The notes beneath the pieces were generated by a model. That model searched no databases and was not told the DNA's origin. It was given only the letters and a program-made list of their open reading frames with translations. From Ignavibacteriota bacterium (GTDB lineage Bacteria; Bacteroidota; Ignavibacteria; UBA10030), in contig OY969585.1 in NCBI GenBank assembly GCA_963701295.1, positions 2,112,001 through 2,176,000 on the forward strand: a stretch of 64,000 nucleotides of DNA. The letters are read 5' to 3'. Below, piece after piece: positions 9,324 through 19,474 of the stretch (positions are counted from its first letter, which is position 1; every line of letters starts with the position of its first letter). A program made the translations under genes and the position numbers.

Positions 9324-10715
9324 GTGGGAAGAAATTATGCGGCAGACTCTTCAAAAAATGAGTCAGATAATGTTGTAGTCCAATTTAAACAAGGGATACT
9401 AACCACTGTCAGTTTCAAGTTGGATAAAGGATCTGAAGCATTGGATGAAAATGAAAATAAATATTTAAGATCTCCAAATACAGCATTTGGACTCTTCTAT
9501 GTTTTAATGATATACAAAAGGGCTATCATTCATTGCATTATATTTGCTACAGTAATAACACTGGTTGTCGCATTACTCATGCCTAATTGGTATAAGTCAA
9601 CTGCGTCTGTATTTCCTATTGATCAATCTCCTCTTTTGAGAACATTAGGAAGTGTTTCGTCATCTCTGGAAACATTTTCACATTTTAGAAACTCGGTGTT
9701 TGCAAAATTGTTATCAAAGGCAGTAGGTTCTATAGAAACTGACCGTTGTTTAGCTATTCTTAAAAGTAATAAAGTGCTTCTTAGTGTTATTCAAAAGTTT
9801 GATCTTGTGCACGTGTATGGTATTAAGTCATACCCTGTTGAAAATTCAATAAAAGAACTTCTTGAGAATACAGAATTTAAAGTAGTATTAGAGGGGAATA
9901 TATTAATTACGGTTTATGACAAAGATCCACAGCGTGCGGCAGATATGGCAAATTATTTTGTAGAAATTTTAAATAAAACGAACTCTGAAATAATAGCGCA
10001 ATCCATCCAGAGTAATAAACAGTTTATTGATATGTATTATATGCGTAACCTTAACAATCTTACAAATACCGAAGATTCCTTGAAAAGTACACAAAATAAA
10101 TTCGGTATTGTTTCATTACAGGAACAAACTGAAGCCTTTATAAATAATACTGCTGAACTTGCAGGGGAACTTGTCGAGAAGGAGATTCAAACCGATGCTT
10201 TGAAGAAGACCCTCTCGATTAATCATCCATATGTTAGAGCCGCAGATGTGGAAATTGAAGAACTGCAAAAAAAAATAAGTGATTACAGCGATGGTACGAA
10301 TACATCTGAAATTGGAATGAACGTATTTACACCATTCAGCAACGTTTCGGCCTTTAGCACTGAATATTCTCGAAGATATCGTGATGTCGAAACTCAATAT
10401 AAAATTCTACAGAATATGACCTCGCTTTATGAGCAAGCAAAAATAGAAGACCAGTGGAATGCTCCGGCAGTTGTAGTGCTGGATCGCGCAATACCTGCTG
10501 AAAGAAAAGTAAGGCCACAAAGATTTTTAATTATTCTCGGTGGAATGGTGGTTGGATTTCTAAGTGCCTTATTATTTTCCACATTCTATTACAACTGGAA
10601 TTATGAGAAAAAACAAAACACTACTCTTTACAAATTATTATTTGCTTTGATGAATAATATATATGCAGATTTAGCATTCTTCAGATTGCATATGCATCGG
10701 ATAAAAAGTATATAG
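9324..10715 (+). CDS. Polysaccharide co-polymerase (Wzz/GumC family), copy 2
   Basis: Paralogue of 6499-7761: PNWYKSTASVFP, ETDR.LAILKS, YD.DPQRAADMANYF, LDRAIPAERK. Confidence 0.85.
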   Translation: MGRNYAADSSKNESDNVVVQFKQGILTTVSFKLDKGSEALDENENKYLRSPNTAFGLFYVLMIYKRAIIHCIIFATVITLVVALLMPNWYKSTASVFPIDQSPLLRTLGSVSSSLETFSHFRNSVFAKLLSKAVGSIETDRCLAILKSNKVLLSVIQKFDLVHVYGIKSYPVENSIKELLENTEFKVVLEGNILITVYDKDPQRAADMANYFVEILNKTNSEIIAQSIQSNKQFIDMYYMRNLNNLTNTEDSLKSTQNKFGIVSLQEQTEAFINNTAELAGELVEKEIQTDALKKTLSINHPYVRAADVEIEELQKKISDYSDGTNTSEIGMNVFTPFSNVSAFSTEYSRRYRDVETQYKILQNMTSLYEQAKIEDQWNAPAVVVLDRAIPAERKVRPQRFLIILGGMVVGFLSALLFSTFYYNWNYEKKQNTTLYKLLFALMNNIYADLAFFRLHMHRIKSI

Positions 10716-10725
10716 TCCAGTAAAA

Positions 10726-12196
10726 ATGATTAAAATATCAAATATTGATCGTGAGTATTCTATAAAACCTTATTCTTCTGGTATTCAAAAGGTCCCCGTT
10801 GCTATCTATTTAGGGACATTTAGCATTCTTGCATTTTACTTGATAAGTGTCATTTTCCAATGGGAATTCTTCTTTTTCTTTTCTTTGTTTATTATGGCAG
10901 TCTTAGTAACTGCAGTGATAAAATTTGAAGCTTCTCTCCTTTTTATTCCAATTGCACTAGCCAATCCATATGTTCTTGAAGAAACAGGTACAAAGCTGAA
11001 TATTTTGGAGCTTGTACTCCTCATTATTTTTATTGTATGGGTATGCCGAATTCTTCTTTTAAAAGAACGCATTGTATTTCCTAGAAAGTTTCTTATCACT
11101 TCTTTAATAATAATTGCGACGGCAGTTCTGTCTTTACTTGTAGCACATGATATATTAACAGGCATTAAGCAGGTTGTCAGATATATCGAAATATTATTGT
11201 TATTCTTTATGCTTGTGATGAACAACTTTAAAAGTGAGAAAAGAATAAGACAAGCATTTTATTTCCTTATTATTGGTGGATTAATAGCGTCGTGTGTAGG
11301 TTTAGGTCAATTTATCATCAATGCATTAGAATTGAAACAGTCTGCAAGAGTTTTTGGCTGGGGTAGCGGATATGCTGCATATATTGCTTCAACGCTGATC
11401 TTTTCAATATGTGCTTTGGAATTTAAAGAGCAAAAAGTGATTAAAACCTTAGCGCTATTTACAATTCCGGTTGCTGGGCTGGCGCTCGTTGTAAGTCAAA
11501 CTCGGACGTGGATTGGTGCTTTGATTGGTGTTCTTGGAATTTTGTTCTTTTGGAGAAAACCTAAGGCTGCGGGGAAAATAGTACTCGTAGTAGGATTTGC
11601 TATAGGATTCATAGTTCTGCTCATGGCAACAAATTTTTTTGGTTTGATCGAAAGCGATTATTTTAGAGGGGCGGCTGAGGGTGCAATGAGATTTGGTGAA
11701 ACAAAAAGTACCTCATTCTGTGAATGATGCATCGTTGTTACTCCGCTTAGGTGCTTGGGGAAAAGCAATCCTGCTATATATCAAAAATCCAATTTTAGGA
11801 ATAGGAGTTGGTAACTTTCGAATTGATTATTCTTCACTAAAACTGACAAATGCAGGAGATGGAATTGGGTATGTTGATAATCAATATATCCAGGGCTTTA
11901 CAGAAGCAGGCACGATTGCAGGAATTGCTTGGATTGTTTTTGTGTTTCAAGTAGTTAGGTTAGGTATTAAGAGTGTTCGCTTGTCTGTTGACTCTGATCT
12001 ATATGTCCTTGCGCTTGGTTTTTTCGGCTCTTTATTACTATTGGTTCTTGGAAGTTTTTTTTGGGTGATTACACCAGTTCATGATATTTTTTGTCTGATG
12101 ATTCTCAATGTTGGGTTATTATTCAACATATTAGAACTTGCTAAACTTCGAAAACGATTAGAATTGCAAAATAACCGCGACTGTTCAAAATTATGA
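10726..12196 (+). pseudogene. O-antigen ligase/polymerase (Wzy/WaaL family) split by a frameshift
   Basis: 10726-11727 is multi-TM with SQTRTWIG. 11693-12196 (+1 frame) has RL.AW..A....NPILGIGVGNF...DNQYIQ...EAG. The frames can join only between 11690 and 11727. Confidence 0.75.
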
Positions 12197-13104
12197 TCAT
12201 GATGAACCAATACCCGACACCTGATGATATTTGTGCTATTATCACAACTTTTCGTCCAGATGAAGGAATATATCAAAGAGTTATGCGCGTTAAAGATCAA
12301 GTAGGATTTATCGTGATTATGAATGATGGGGGATGTGATGAAAACGTTTTAAAGCTGAATAAATGGTTCGAAGGTTTAAAAGAAATTTGTCTTTATCATA
12401 ATAGAAGCAATATTGGCATAGCAGCCTCTTTAAATGTTGGTATTTCTATCGCAAAAAAAAAGGGATATAGATGGATATTAACGCTTGATGATGACAGCTT
12501 GGTTATGCCATATTGTATTGAACGATTAATTAATAGTTTGAAAAATATCAGATTAGAAAAACCTATAGGGCTAATTGGCATGTCATGGAAAGAAGTTAAT
12601 GATATCGAAGAAAAAATACTTATGGGAGAAAATATAACGTACACAGAAAAGAGAGGAATAATTACTTCGGGAAGTTTTTTTTCTGTAGAAATTTACGATA
12701 TTGTTGGCCCATTTAGGGAAGAATTCTACATAGATTCGGTCGACTACGATTATTGTCTTCGTGTGAGGGGAAAAGGATTAGCAGTTGTAAAACTTGATGA
12801 AATAGGTTTTGAACATATGCTAGGTAGAAGTAAAGTTTTTAATATTATGGGATTTAAAATCATCATCGAGAATCATGAAGCATTTCGAATTTATTATGGA
12901 TTTAGAAACTCAACAGTGCTAGCATTGGAGTATCTGATAAAGGATCCTCTGTATTCTTTAGCTGTACTAGTAAGACATATGAAAATACTATCTTTTATAT
13001 TTATTTTTGAGGCGGACAAAAAAGAAAAATTGATTGAAGTAATTAGAGGTTTAAGAGATGGTTTAACAAGAAACTTAGGTAAAAGGATAAGAGTGCGTGG
13101 TTGA
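12193..13104 (+). CDS. GT2 glycosyltransferase, rhamnosyltransferase-like
   Basis: N.GIAASLNVG, WILTLDDDS, IITSGS, GPFREEFYIDSVDYDYCLR, RIYYGFRN. Confidence 0.88.
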   Translation: MIMMNQYPTPDDICAIITTFRPDEGIYQRVMRVKDQVGFIVIMNDGGCDENVLKLNKWFEGLKEICLYHNRSNIGIAASLNVGISIAKKKGYRWILTLDDDSLVMPYCIERLINSLKNIRLEKPIGLIGMSWKEVNDIEEKILMGENITYTEKRGIITSGSFFSVEIYDIVGPFREEFYIDSVDYDYCLRVRGKGLAVVKLDEIGFEHMLGRSKVFNIMGFKIIIENHEAFRIYYGFRNSTVLALEYLIKDPLYSLAVLVRHMKILSFIFIFEADKKEKLIEVIRGLRDGLTRNLGKRIRVRG

Positions 13105-13921
13105 TATACTTCCAAGAGAATATTATTTCGTGACTGTTAGTTATAATAATTCAAATTACACGATTAAATATCTCGATAGTATAGAGAGATTAAAAAAACA
13201 AGATTATGTTGTTAAAGTCATTATTGTGGATAATGCATCAAAAATGGAAGATTTTAGAAAAATTGAAAATGATGTATTGAACAGAGTAAATACTAAATTG
13301 ATAAGGAATAAGGACAATCTTGGCTATTTTAAAGCTTTGAATGTAGGAATTTCAACTATCCAAAATAATAAAGCTCTATATATTATTGGGAACAATGATA
13401 TTGAATTCGATGAAAACTTTTTATTAAAACTAAACAATATTGAATATGATGATGATGTTTTAGTTTTAGCGCCAAATGTTATAACAAGAGATGGATTTCA
13501 TCAAAACCCACATTTGGTGAACAGGGTGTCAAAATTTCGCAAAACGGGATATTATATATATTTTTCAAATTATTATTTTGGTCAATTAATCTATTGGATA
13601 GCTCAAAGATTTAAAAAGCCGAGAAGCACACAACCCGATAAAGCGTGGAACTGTAAAAAAGTAATTCATATGGGGATTGGTGCTTGCTATGTACTCACTG
13701 AAAACTTTTTTAAATATTATAATGTACTCGATGATAGAGTATTCCTTTGGGGCGAAGAAGCTTTGTTGGCTGGTCAGGTGACGAATGTCAATGGAAAAAT
13801 ATTGTATGATCCAAGTATAGTTGTGTATCACAATGAAAATAGCAGTGTTTTGGCAATTCCAACAAAGCAAGCTTATAGAATAGCGAAACAATCATATAGA
13901 ATATATTCACGTTATCTTTAA
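13097..13921 (+). CDS. GT2 glycosyltransferase
   Basis: VTVSYNN, VIIVDNAS, NLGYFKALNVG, IGNNDIEF, FLWGEE, HNENSS. Confidence 0.88.
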   Translation: MVDILPREYYFVTVSYNNSNYTIKYLDSIERLKKQDYVVKVIIVDNASKMEDFRKIENDVLNRVNTKLIRNKDNLGYFKALNVGISTIQNNKALYIIGNNDIEFDENFLLKLNNIEYDDDVLVLAPNVITRDGFHQNPHLVNRVSKFRKTGYYIYFSNYYFGQLIYWIAQRFKKPRSTQPDKAWNCKKVIHMGIGACYVLTENFFKYYNVLDDRVFLWGEEALLAGQVTNVNGKILYDPSIVVYHNENSSVLAIPTKQAYRIAKQSYRIYSRYL

Positions 13922-13950
13922 ACACATTTTTCAATATTTGGAGATGATTA

Positions 13951-14871
13951 ATGGCTAAAATACTTATCACAGGCGGCAGAGGATTCATCGGCACTAATTT
14001 GACAAATGAATTACGATCAAGAGGCCATGAAGTATGGACTTGTGATATTTTACAAGGAGAAGATTCTCAACATTTGAAAACTGATACTGGTGTATATCAG
14101 CAGGTGAATAGCATTTTTAGGTCGCATAAGTTTGATTATGTGTACCATCTTGCGGCAGAATATGGGCGCTGGAATGGAGAGGATCACTATGAGAATCTCT
14201 GGCGCACTAATGTTATCGGGACAAAGAATATGCTTCGGCTTCAAGAGAAACATCGCTTTAGAATGATTTTCTTTTCAAGTGCCGAGGTCTATGGTGACTA
14301 TGATGAACTTATGTCCGAAGATGTGATGGAACGAGTGCCGATAAAACAAATGAATGATTATGCCATTACTAAATGGGCAGGGGAATTGCAATGCTTAAAC
14401 CATGCAGCAATGTTTGGTGTAGAAGTGGTGCGTGTTCGCCCTGTCGGTTGTTATGGCCCTCATGAATATTACAGCAGGTATAGAGGCGTAATTCCGATTA
14501 TTGTATATCACTGTTTAATGAATAAGAAGTTTACTGTGTACAAAGGTCATAAAAGAATTTTTGATTATGTTGAGGATACGTGCAGGACTTTTGCAAATAT
14601 TACAGATCACTTTATTCCCAGTGAAGTATATAATATAGGAAGCTCAGAGAAGTGGGTAATAAGCATCGAAGAGCTTGCAGATATTATTCTCAAGGAGACC
14701 GGAGCCAGTCCCTCGCTTGCAGAATATAAAGGAGAAGAAGGTTTTACTACACGGGTAAAGGTAGTTGACTTCTCTAAGTCGCGTCGGGATCTTGATCATC
14801 GTCCTCAGATAGATATTTATGAGGGTATACGCAGATATGTCGTGTGGGCTAGGAAAGTATACGGAAAATAA
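13951..14871 (+). CDS. NAD-dependent epimerase/dehydratase
   Basis: ILITGGRGFIG, YHLAAEYGRWNGED, SSAEVYG, YAITK. Confidence 0.9.
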   Translation: MAKILITGGRGFIGTNLTNELRSRGHEVWTCDILQGEDSQHLKTDTGVYQQVNSIFRSHKFDYVYHLAAEYGRWNGEDHYENLWRTNVIGTKNMLRLQEKHRFRMIFFSSAEVYGDYDELMSEDVMERVPIKQMNDYAITKWAGELQCLNHAAMFGVEVVRVRPVGCYGPHEYYSRYRGVIPIIVYHCLMNKKFTVYKGHKRIFDYVEDTCRTFANITDHFIPSEVYNIGSSEKWVISIEELADIILKETGASPSLAEYKGEEGFTTRVKVVDFSKSRRDLDHRPQIDIYEGIRRYVVWARKVYGK

Positions 14872-14912
14872 AATATAGTTTTGTACAGTGTGGAAAATTA
14901 AAAGGAGTTTAA

Positions 14913-15956
14913 ATGGAAGATTACAAAAAAGGTTTTGAAAACAAAGTGGTCTTAATAACTGGAGGTGCCGGCGCAATAGGTTCAAATTTAACCCGCACCA
15001 TTGCTGAGCTTGGTGCACATATGGTTATAATTTTTGATAATATGTCTGCAGGTTATGAATGGAATGTCCCATCATTGTCAAGTGTTTTATTCGTTAAGGG
15101 ATCAGTGACGGATGAAGTGGCTCTGAAGCGAGTTTATATGCTAAAACCGGATATCGTGTACCATTTGGCAGCCTTTTTTGCCAATCAAAATTCAGTTGAT
15201 TTTCCTCAGCATGATTTGATGACAAATGGGTTAGGCACGTTGCTTGTTTATCAATATGCAAGGATGTGTGGAGTGGGGCGTTTAGTATACGCTTCATCCG
15301 GCTGTTCTATATATGGTTCTGCTGCGCCATTACCGCTTAAAGAAGATTTTATGTCTATGCACCTTACTACCCCTTACCAGATAACTAAAATGCTTGGTGA
15401 GTTGTATGCGAACTTTTTTCATCATCATTATGGATTACCGGTTGTGAAAACAAGGTTCTTCAACTCGTATGGTCCGGGAGAGGTACCAGGGCAGTATAGA
15501 AATGTAATCCCTAACTTTATTTTCCGCGCTCTTTCCGGATTGCCGCTGCCGTTTACAGGCAGTGGTGAAGAAACCAGAGATTTTACATATGTGATGGATA
15601 TAGTCGATGCATTATTGCGAGCTGGCTATTACGAACGGGCAATCGGTCAGGAGATGAATATTGCTTCAGGAAGTGAAGTTAATATATTGAAAATGGCGGA
15701 ACATATTAATGAATTAACGGGAAATAAGGCTGGGATTGTAAGAGCAGAACGTCGTGTTTGGGATACCAAAAAAAGACTTCTTGCATCCATAGATAGAGCA
15801 AATGAATTAATAGGATACACACCAAAAATGGATTTTGAAACGGGGCTCAAAAATACGATTCAATGGTTTAGAGACAATTGGGAAAATGTACACAGAGATG
15901 CAGAATTTCCTCCGGGCATGTCATCTGCTGCTTTTAAAGTTACTGCTACGAAATAA
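14913..15956 (+). CDS. NAD-dependent epimerase/dehydratase
   Basis: VLITGGAGAIGSNL, YHLAAFFANQNSV, PYQITK, RFFNSYGPGE, ETRDFTYV. Confidence 0.9.
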   Translation: MEDYKKGFENKVVLITGGAGAIGSNLTRTIAELGAHMVIIFDNMSAGYEWNVPSLSSVLFVKGSVTDEVALKRVYMLKPDIVYHLAAFFANQNSVDFPQHDLMTNGLGTLLVYQYARMCGVGRLVYASSGCSIYGSAAPLPLKEDFMSMHLTTPYQITKMLGELYANFFHHHYGLPVVKTRFFNSYGPGEVPGQYRNVIPNFIFRALSGLPLPFTGSGEETRDFTYVMDIVDALLRAGYYERAIGQEMNIASGSEVNILKMAEHINELTGNKAGIVRAERRVWDTKKRLLASIDRANELIGYTPKMDFETGLKNTIQWFRDNWENVHRDAEFPPGMSSAAFKVTATK

Positions 15957-15993
15957 AAAGATAAAGGCAAGTGATTTGAGGCTATGATGTATT

Positions 15994-17259
15994 ATGAGTA
16001 AAGTTCTTCTTCATTCGTTGGTATTTTCTCCGGATGGTAATTCCACTGCATATTTAATGACTGAGTTAGCTATCGAATTAAAGCGGCTGGGGCATCAAGT
16101 TACAGTGCTTACAACCACACCCCACTATAATATCATTCCATCTATGGCGGCTCGTCATCAGATGCATCGTTGTTGGATTGGTTTATTGTACATGAGTGAA
16201 ATCGATGGAATAAAAATTTGGCATGTGAAAGTGCCCAATAAAGGTAATAGAGTATGGATGCGGGTATTTGATTATATTCGATTTCACGTTGTTTCGTTGC
16301 TGACGGCAGTGTTTAAAATAGAGACTCAAGACATTATTATCGCTACATCGCCCCCTCTTACCATGGCCGTAATGTCTTGGTTACTTGGAGTTTGGTGGAA
16401 ATGTCCTTCAGTATATAAGGTAGCTGAACTCTATCCCGATGTCGCTATTCGCCAAGGAATTGTTAAGAATCGAGGATTCATTGCATTTCTGAATTGGCTC
16501 GAAAAATTTGTTTATAAAAAAAACACTTTGATCGTTGCGATTGCTGAGCAGTTTATGAAAGTTATTCGGAAAAGAGGAGTCCCAGATCAAAAATTACAGA
16601 TGATACCTGATTTTGTGGACACAAAATTTTATTGCCTAAAATCACGAAAGAATGAGTTTACCTTAAAGCATGACTTGCTCAAGGATTTTGTTGTTTTGTA
16701 TGCAGGCAATATTGGCATTGTACAAGATTGGGATTCGGTGTTGTTCGCTGTGGAAAACCTATCAAAGTTAGCAATCAGATTTGTAATTGTAGGTGATGGA
16801 TCAAAAAGGGAATGGCTGGCAAAAGAGATTGAGATTCGCAAGTTAGGAAATGTGACACTGCTCGGGTATCAGCCGAAAGAACTTATGCCTGAGATTAATG
16901 CGAGTTGTGATATCAGCATTATTCCTATGAATATAGCTGGAAGCAAGGATGGAGTACCTTCAAAAATCTATTCCATCTTTTCTTGCGGAAAACCGATTGT
17001 CGCGCTCGTTGATAGTGAATCAGAGCTTCGTTGGATTGCCGAACAATCTGGATGCGGCAGATCTGTAGCGATCGGAGATAAACAAGGTTTTTCCGATGCG
17101 ATCCTCAAGGCGTTCAATGAACGTGAATTACTTCCTGTGGAGGGTTTGAGAGGACGGGCGTACGTAGAGGCAAACTATTCCAAAGAAGCTATAGCTAGTA
17201 AATATCATGATCTGATTGCTGCATTGCAGCGCAAAGAAAGTAATATCTCTCGTAAATAG
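15994..17259 (+). CDS. GT4 glycosyltransferase (WbuB-like)
   Basis: VTVLTTTPHY, ATSPPL, ELYPD, LYAGNIG..QD, VGDGS, VPSKIY...CGKPIV. Confidence 0.88.
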   Translation: MSKVLLHSLVFSPDGNSTAYLMTELAIELKRLGHQVTVLTTTPHYNIIPSMAARHQMHRCWIGLLYMSEIDGIKIWHVKVPNKGNRVWMRVFDYIRFHVVSLLTAVFKIETQDIIIATSPPLTMAVMSWLLGVWWKCPSVYKVAELYPDVAIRQGIVKNRGFIAFLNWLEKFVYKKNTLIVAIAEQFMKVIRKRGVPDQKLQMIPDFVDTKFYCLKSRKNEFTLKHDLLKDFVVLYAGNIGIVQDWDSVLFAVENLSKLAIRFVIVGDGSKREWLAKEIEIRKLGNVTLLGYQPKELMPEINASCDISIIPMNIAGSKDGVPSKIYSIFSCGKPIVALVDSESELRWIAEQSGCGRSVAIGDKQGFSDAILKAFNERELLPVEGLRGRAYVEANYSKEAIASKYHDLIAALQRKESNISRK

Positions 17260-17269
17260 AATGATATAG

Positions 17270-18262
17270 ATGATTCTTATTTCTGGTAACGCAGGATTTA
17301 TTGGTAAATATCTTACAAGCATTCTCCTTGAGAAGGGATATACGATTCGAGGTATTGATATTCGGCCTCGAAAAGAAATATTGAAAGAATTTGGACAAAT
17401 TGGCGGAAATATTCTTAACAGGGAAATTGTTCGTCAATCAATGAATGATGTAGATACAATCATCCATCTTGCAGCGGAGCATAAAGATTTTGGTATTACA
17501 GAAGCAGATTATTTTCGAGTGAATGAACAAGGAACAAAAATTCTCTTGGAAGAAGCATCGAATACCAGCATTAAAAAATTCATCTTTTATAGTTCAGTGG
17601 CAGTTTATGGTGTCCAATCAAACACAACTGAAGAAACTGCACCTGCCCCAAACAATCCTTATGGTGCATCGAAACTCGCTGCCGAAAGATTAGTAACAAC
17701 CTGGGCTAAAGAAGATCCTTCGAGAACTGCAATTATTATTAGGCCGACTGTCGTTTTCGGAGCCAATAGCAAAGCGAATATTTTTCGTTTGATTCGTCAA
17801 GTTTGCGATGGAAGATTTATTATGGTTGGTAATGGAGAGAATATAAAATCAATTGCGTATGTAGAAAACTTGGTGGATGCGACGTTCTATCTTATGGAGC
17901 GGTGTTCCCCGGGAGTTAGTATTTTTAATTATGCCGATGAACCCCACCTGCAGACGAAAGAATTGGTAAATCTTATTGGAAGGATAGCAGGGAGAAAGCC
18001 AAATAAGTTTTTTATCCCATTGGCAATTGCTACTGCTGGAGGGTTTGTATTTGATATGCTTGGAAAAGTCACCGGGATTGATTTTTCTATAACTGCAGCA
18101 CGGATGAAAAAATTTACTGTACAGACATATCATCATGCGAAATATATCCGATCATTGGGTTTTGTACCGAAGTACTCTATTGAAGAGGGCTTAAAAAGAA
18201 ATGTTGAATGGTATTTAGGAAAGAGAAAAGATCTGAGCGAAGATGAAAATTCATTAGATTAA
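17270..18262 (+). CDS. NAD-dependent epimerase (GlcNAc-PP-Und / UDP-GlcNAc 4-epimerase-like)
   Basis: GNAGFIG, HLAAEHKD, SSVAVYG, PYGASK, IIRPTVVFG, KSIAYVEN. Confidence 0.8.
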   Translation: MILISGNAGFIGKYLTSILLEKGYTIRGIDIRPRKEILKEFGQIGGNILNREIVRQSMNDVDTIIHLAAEHKDFGITEADYFRVNEQGTKILLEEASNTSIKKFIFYSSVAVYGVQSNTTEETAPAPNNPYGASKLAAERLVTTWAKEDPSRTAIIIRPTVVFGANSKANIFRLIRQVCDGRFIMVGNGENIKSIAYVENLVDATFYLMERCSPGVSIFNYADEPHLQTKELVNLIGRIAGRKPNKFFIPLAIATAGGFVFDMLGKVTGIDFSITAARMKKFTVQTYHHAKYIRSLGFVPKYSIEEGLKRNVEWYLGKRKDLSEDENSLD

Positions 18263-18270
18263 ATAATTAT

Positions 18271-19374
18271 ATGATAAAACTCCTCATCATTGCTGGCACA
18301 CGCCCGGAAATTATTAAAACCGCTCCAGTTGTTTTAGTGGCTCGAAGCCGAAAAGATGCAAAGGTCATTTATTGCCTTACAGGCCAGCATAAAACTATGG
18401 CGCTGGAGGCGCTCTCGATCTTTGGAATTGAACCGGATGTTGACCTGAAGATCATGCGCCCAAACCAAACACTTAACGATATCGCCTCATCAGTCTTTGA
18501 GAAAATTCCAAAAATCTTTGATAAGACGAAACCTGATGTTGTTATGGTGCAAGGCGATACAACAACCGCCGCTATGGTAGCGTTTGCGGCATTTAATATG
18601 AAAATTCCGGTTGCTCATATTGAGGCTGGATTACGTACATTTAATCTCAACGCACCCTATCCTGAGGAAGCCAATCGTAGACTTATTAGTGTTGTGTCAT
18701 CGTACAATTTTTGTCCGACTGAATTCTCGCGGGAGAATTTACGCAAGGAGGGATCTGCGGAAAACACACTTTCTGTCGTCGGTAATACGGTCGTCGATGC
18801 GCTCGAACTTATCAAATCAAAGTATCTACTTCATGACCTAATAAAAGTGCATCCGGATGCGCGAACTCCATTTGTGCTTATTACTGCCCACCGGCGGGAA
18901 AGTTTTGGCGGAGGATTCGAAAATATATGCACTGCAATTAAAAAATGTGCAGAGAGTTTTCCGAATCATCAGTTTATTTATCCCGTGCATCTTAATCCGA
19001 ATGTGAAATGTCCGGTTCACCGATTGTTGAAGGGTATTCCTAATATCAAACTTATCCCTCCAGTACCATATCTTGAACTGCTCACTTTGTTAAAGAATTG
19101 TGAACTTGTTTTAACAGACTCCGGCGGAATCCAGGAAGAAGCGCCATCGTTTGGCAAGCATTGCATTGTAATGCGAGAAGTAACAGAACGGATGGAAAGT
19201 GTGAATCTTGGTATGTCGGAGTTAGTAGGAACGAACGTCGAAAAAATTTGTACATCAGTCCAACATACTATCGAAGGAAAGATTAAATACGATATCCATA
19301 AGAATCCGTACGGAGATGGTCATGCATCTGAAAGAATAATGGATATATTGATGCAGGGTAAGTCGAATCGCTGA
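18271..19374 (+). CDS. wecB: UDP-N-acetylglucosamine 2-epimerase (non-hydrolysing)
   Basis: GTRPEIIK, TGQH, VQGDTTT, HIEAGLRT, PEEANR, HRRES, TDSGGIQEEAPS, PYGDGHASERI. Confidence 0.95.
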   Translation: MIKLLIIAGTRPEIIKTAPVVLVARSRKDAKVIYCLTGQHKTMALEALSIFGIEPDVDLKIMRPNQTLNDIASSVFEKIPKIFDKTKPDVVMVQGDTTTAAMVAFAAFNMKIPVAHIEAGLRTFNLNAPYPEEANRRLISVVSSYNFCPTEFSRENLRKEGSAENTLSVVGNTVVDALELIKSKYLLHDLIKVHPDARTPFVLITAHRRESFGGGFENICTAIKKCAESFPNHQFIYPVHLNPNVKCPVHRLLKGIPNIKLIPPVPYLELLTLLKNCELVLTDSGGIQEEAPSFGKHCIVMREVTERMESVNLGMSELVGTNVEKICTSVQHTIEGKIKYDIHKNPYGDGHASERIMDILMQGKSNR

Positions 19375-19440
19375 GTCGGGGAAAAAAAAGGGAAAGCAAA
19401 CAATTTCTAAGAACAAGGTCGAGACAGCGTCTCGAACTAC
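19358..19440. repeat. REP doublet (REPIN-like) upstream of RAYT
   Basis: GTAAGTCGAATCGCTGAGTCGGG (19358-19380) plus inverted GGTCGAGACAGCGTCTCGAACTAC (19417-19440), whose reverse complement begins GTAG. Confidence 0.8.
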
Positions 19441-19474
19441 ATTATAGAAGCATATAATAAAATTCTGTACATAG

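Noticed and set aside
10267-12682. A9/T8 homopolymers (10267, 12055, 12453, 12675) as phase-variation tracts
   Set aside because: All are in frame and expected in AT-rich DNA; no long poly-G/C tracts.
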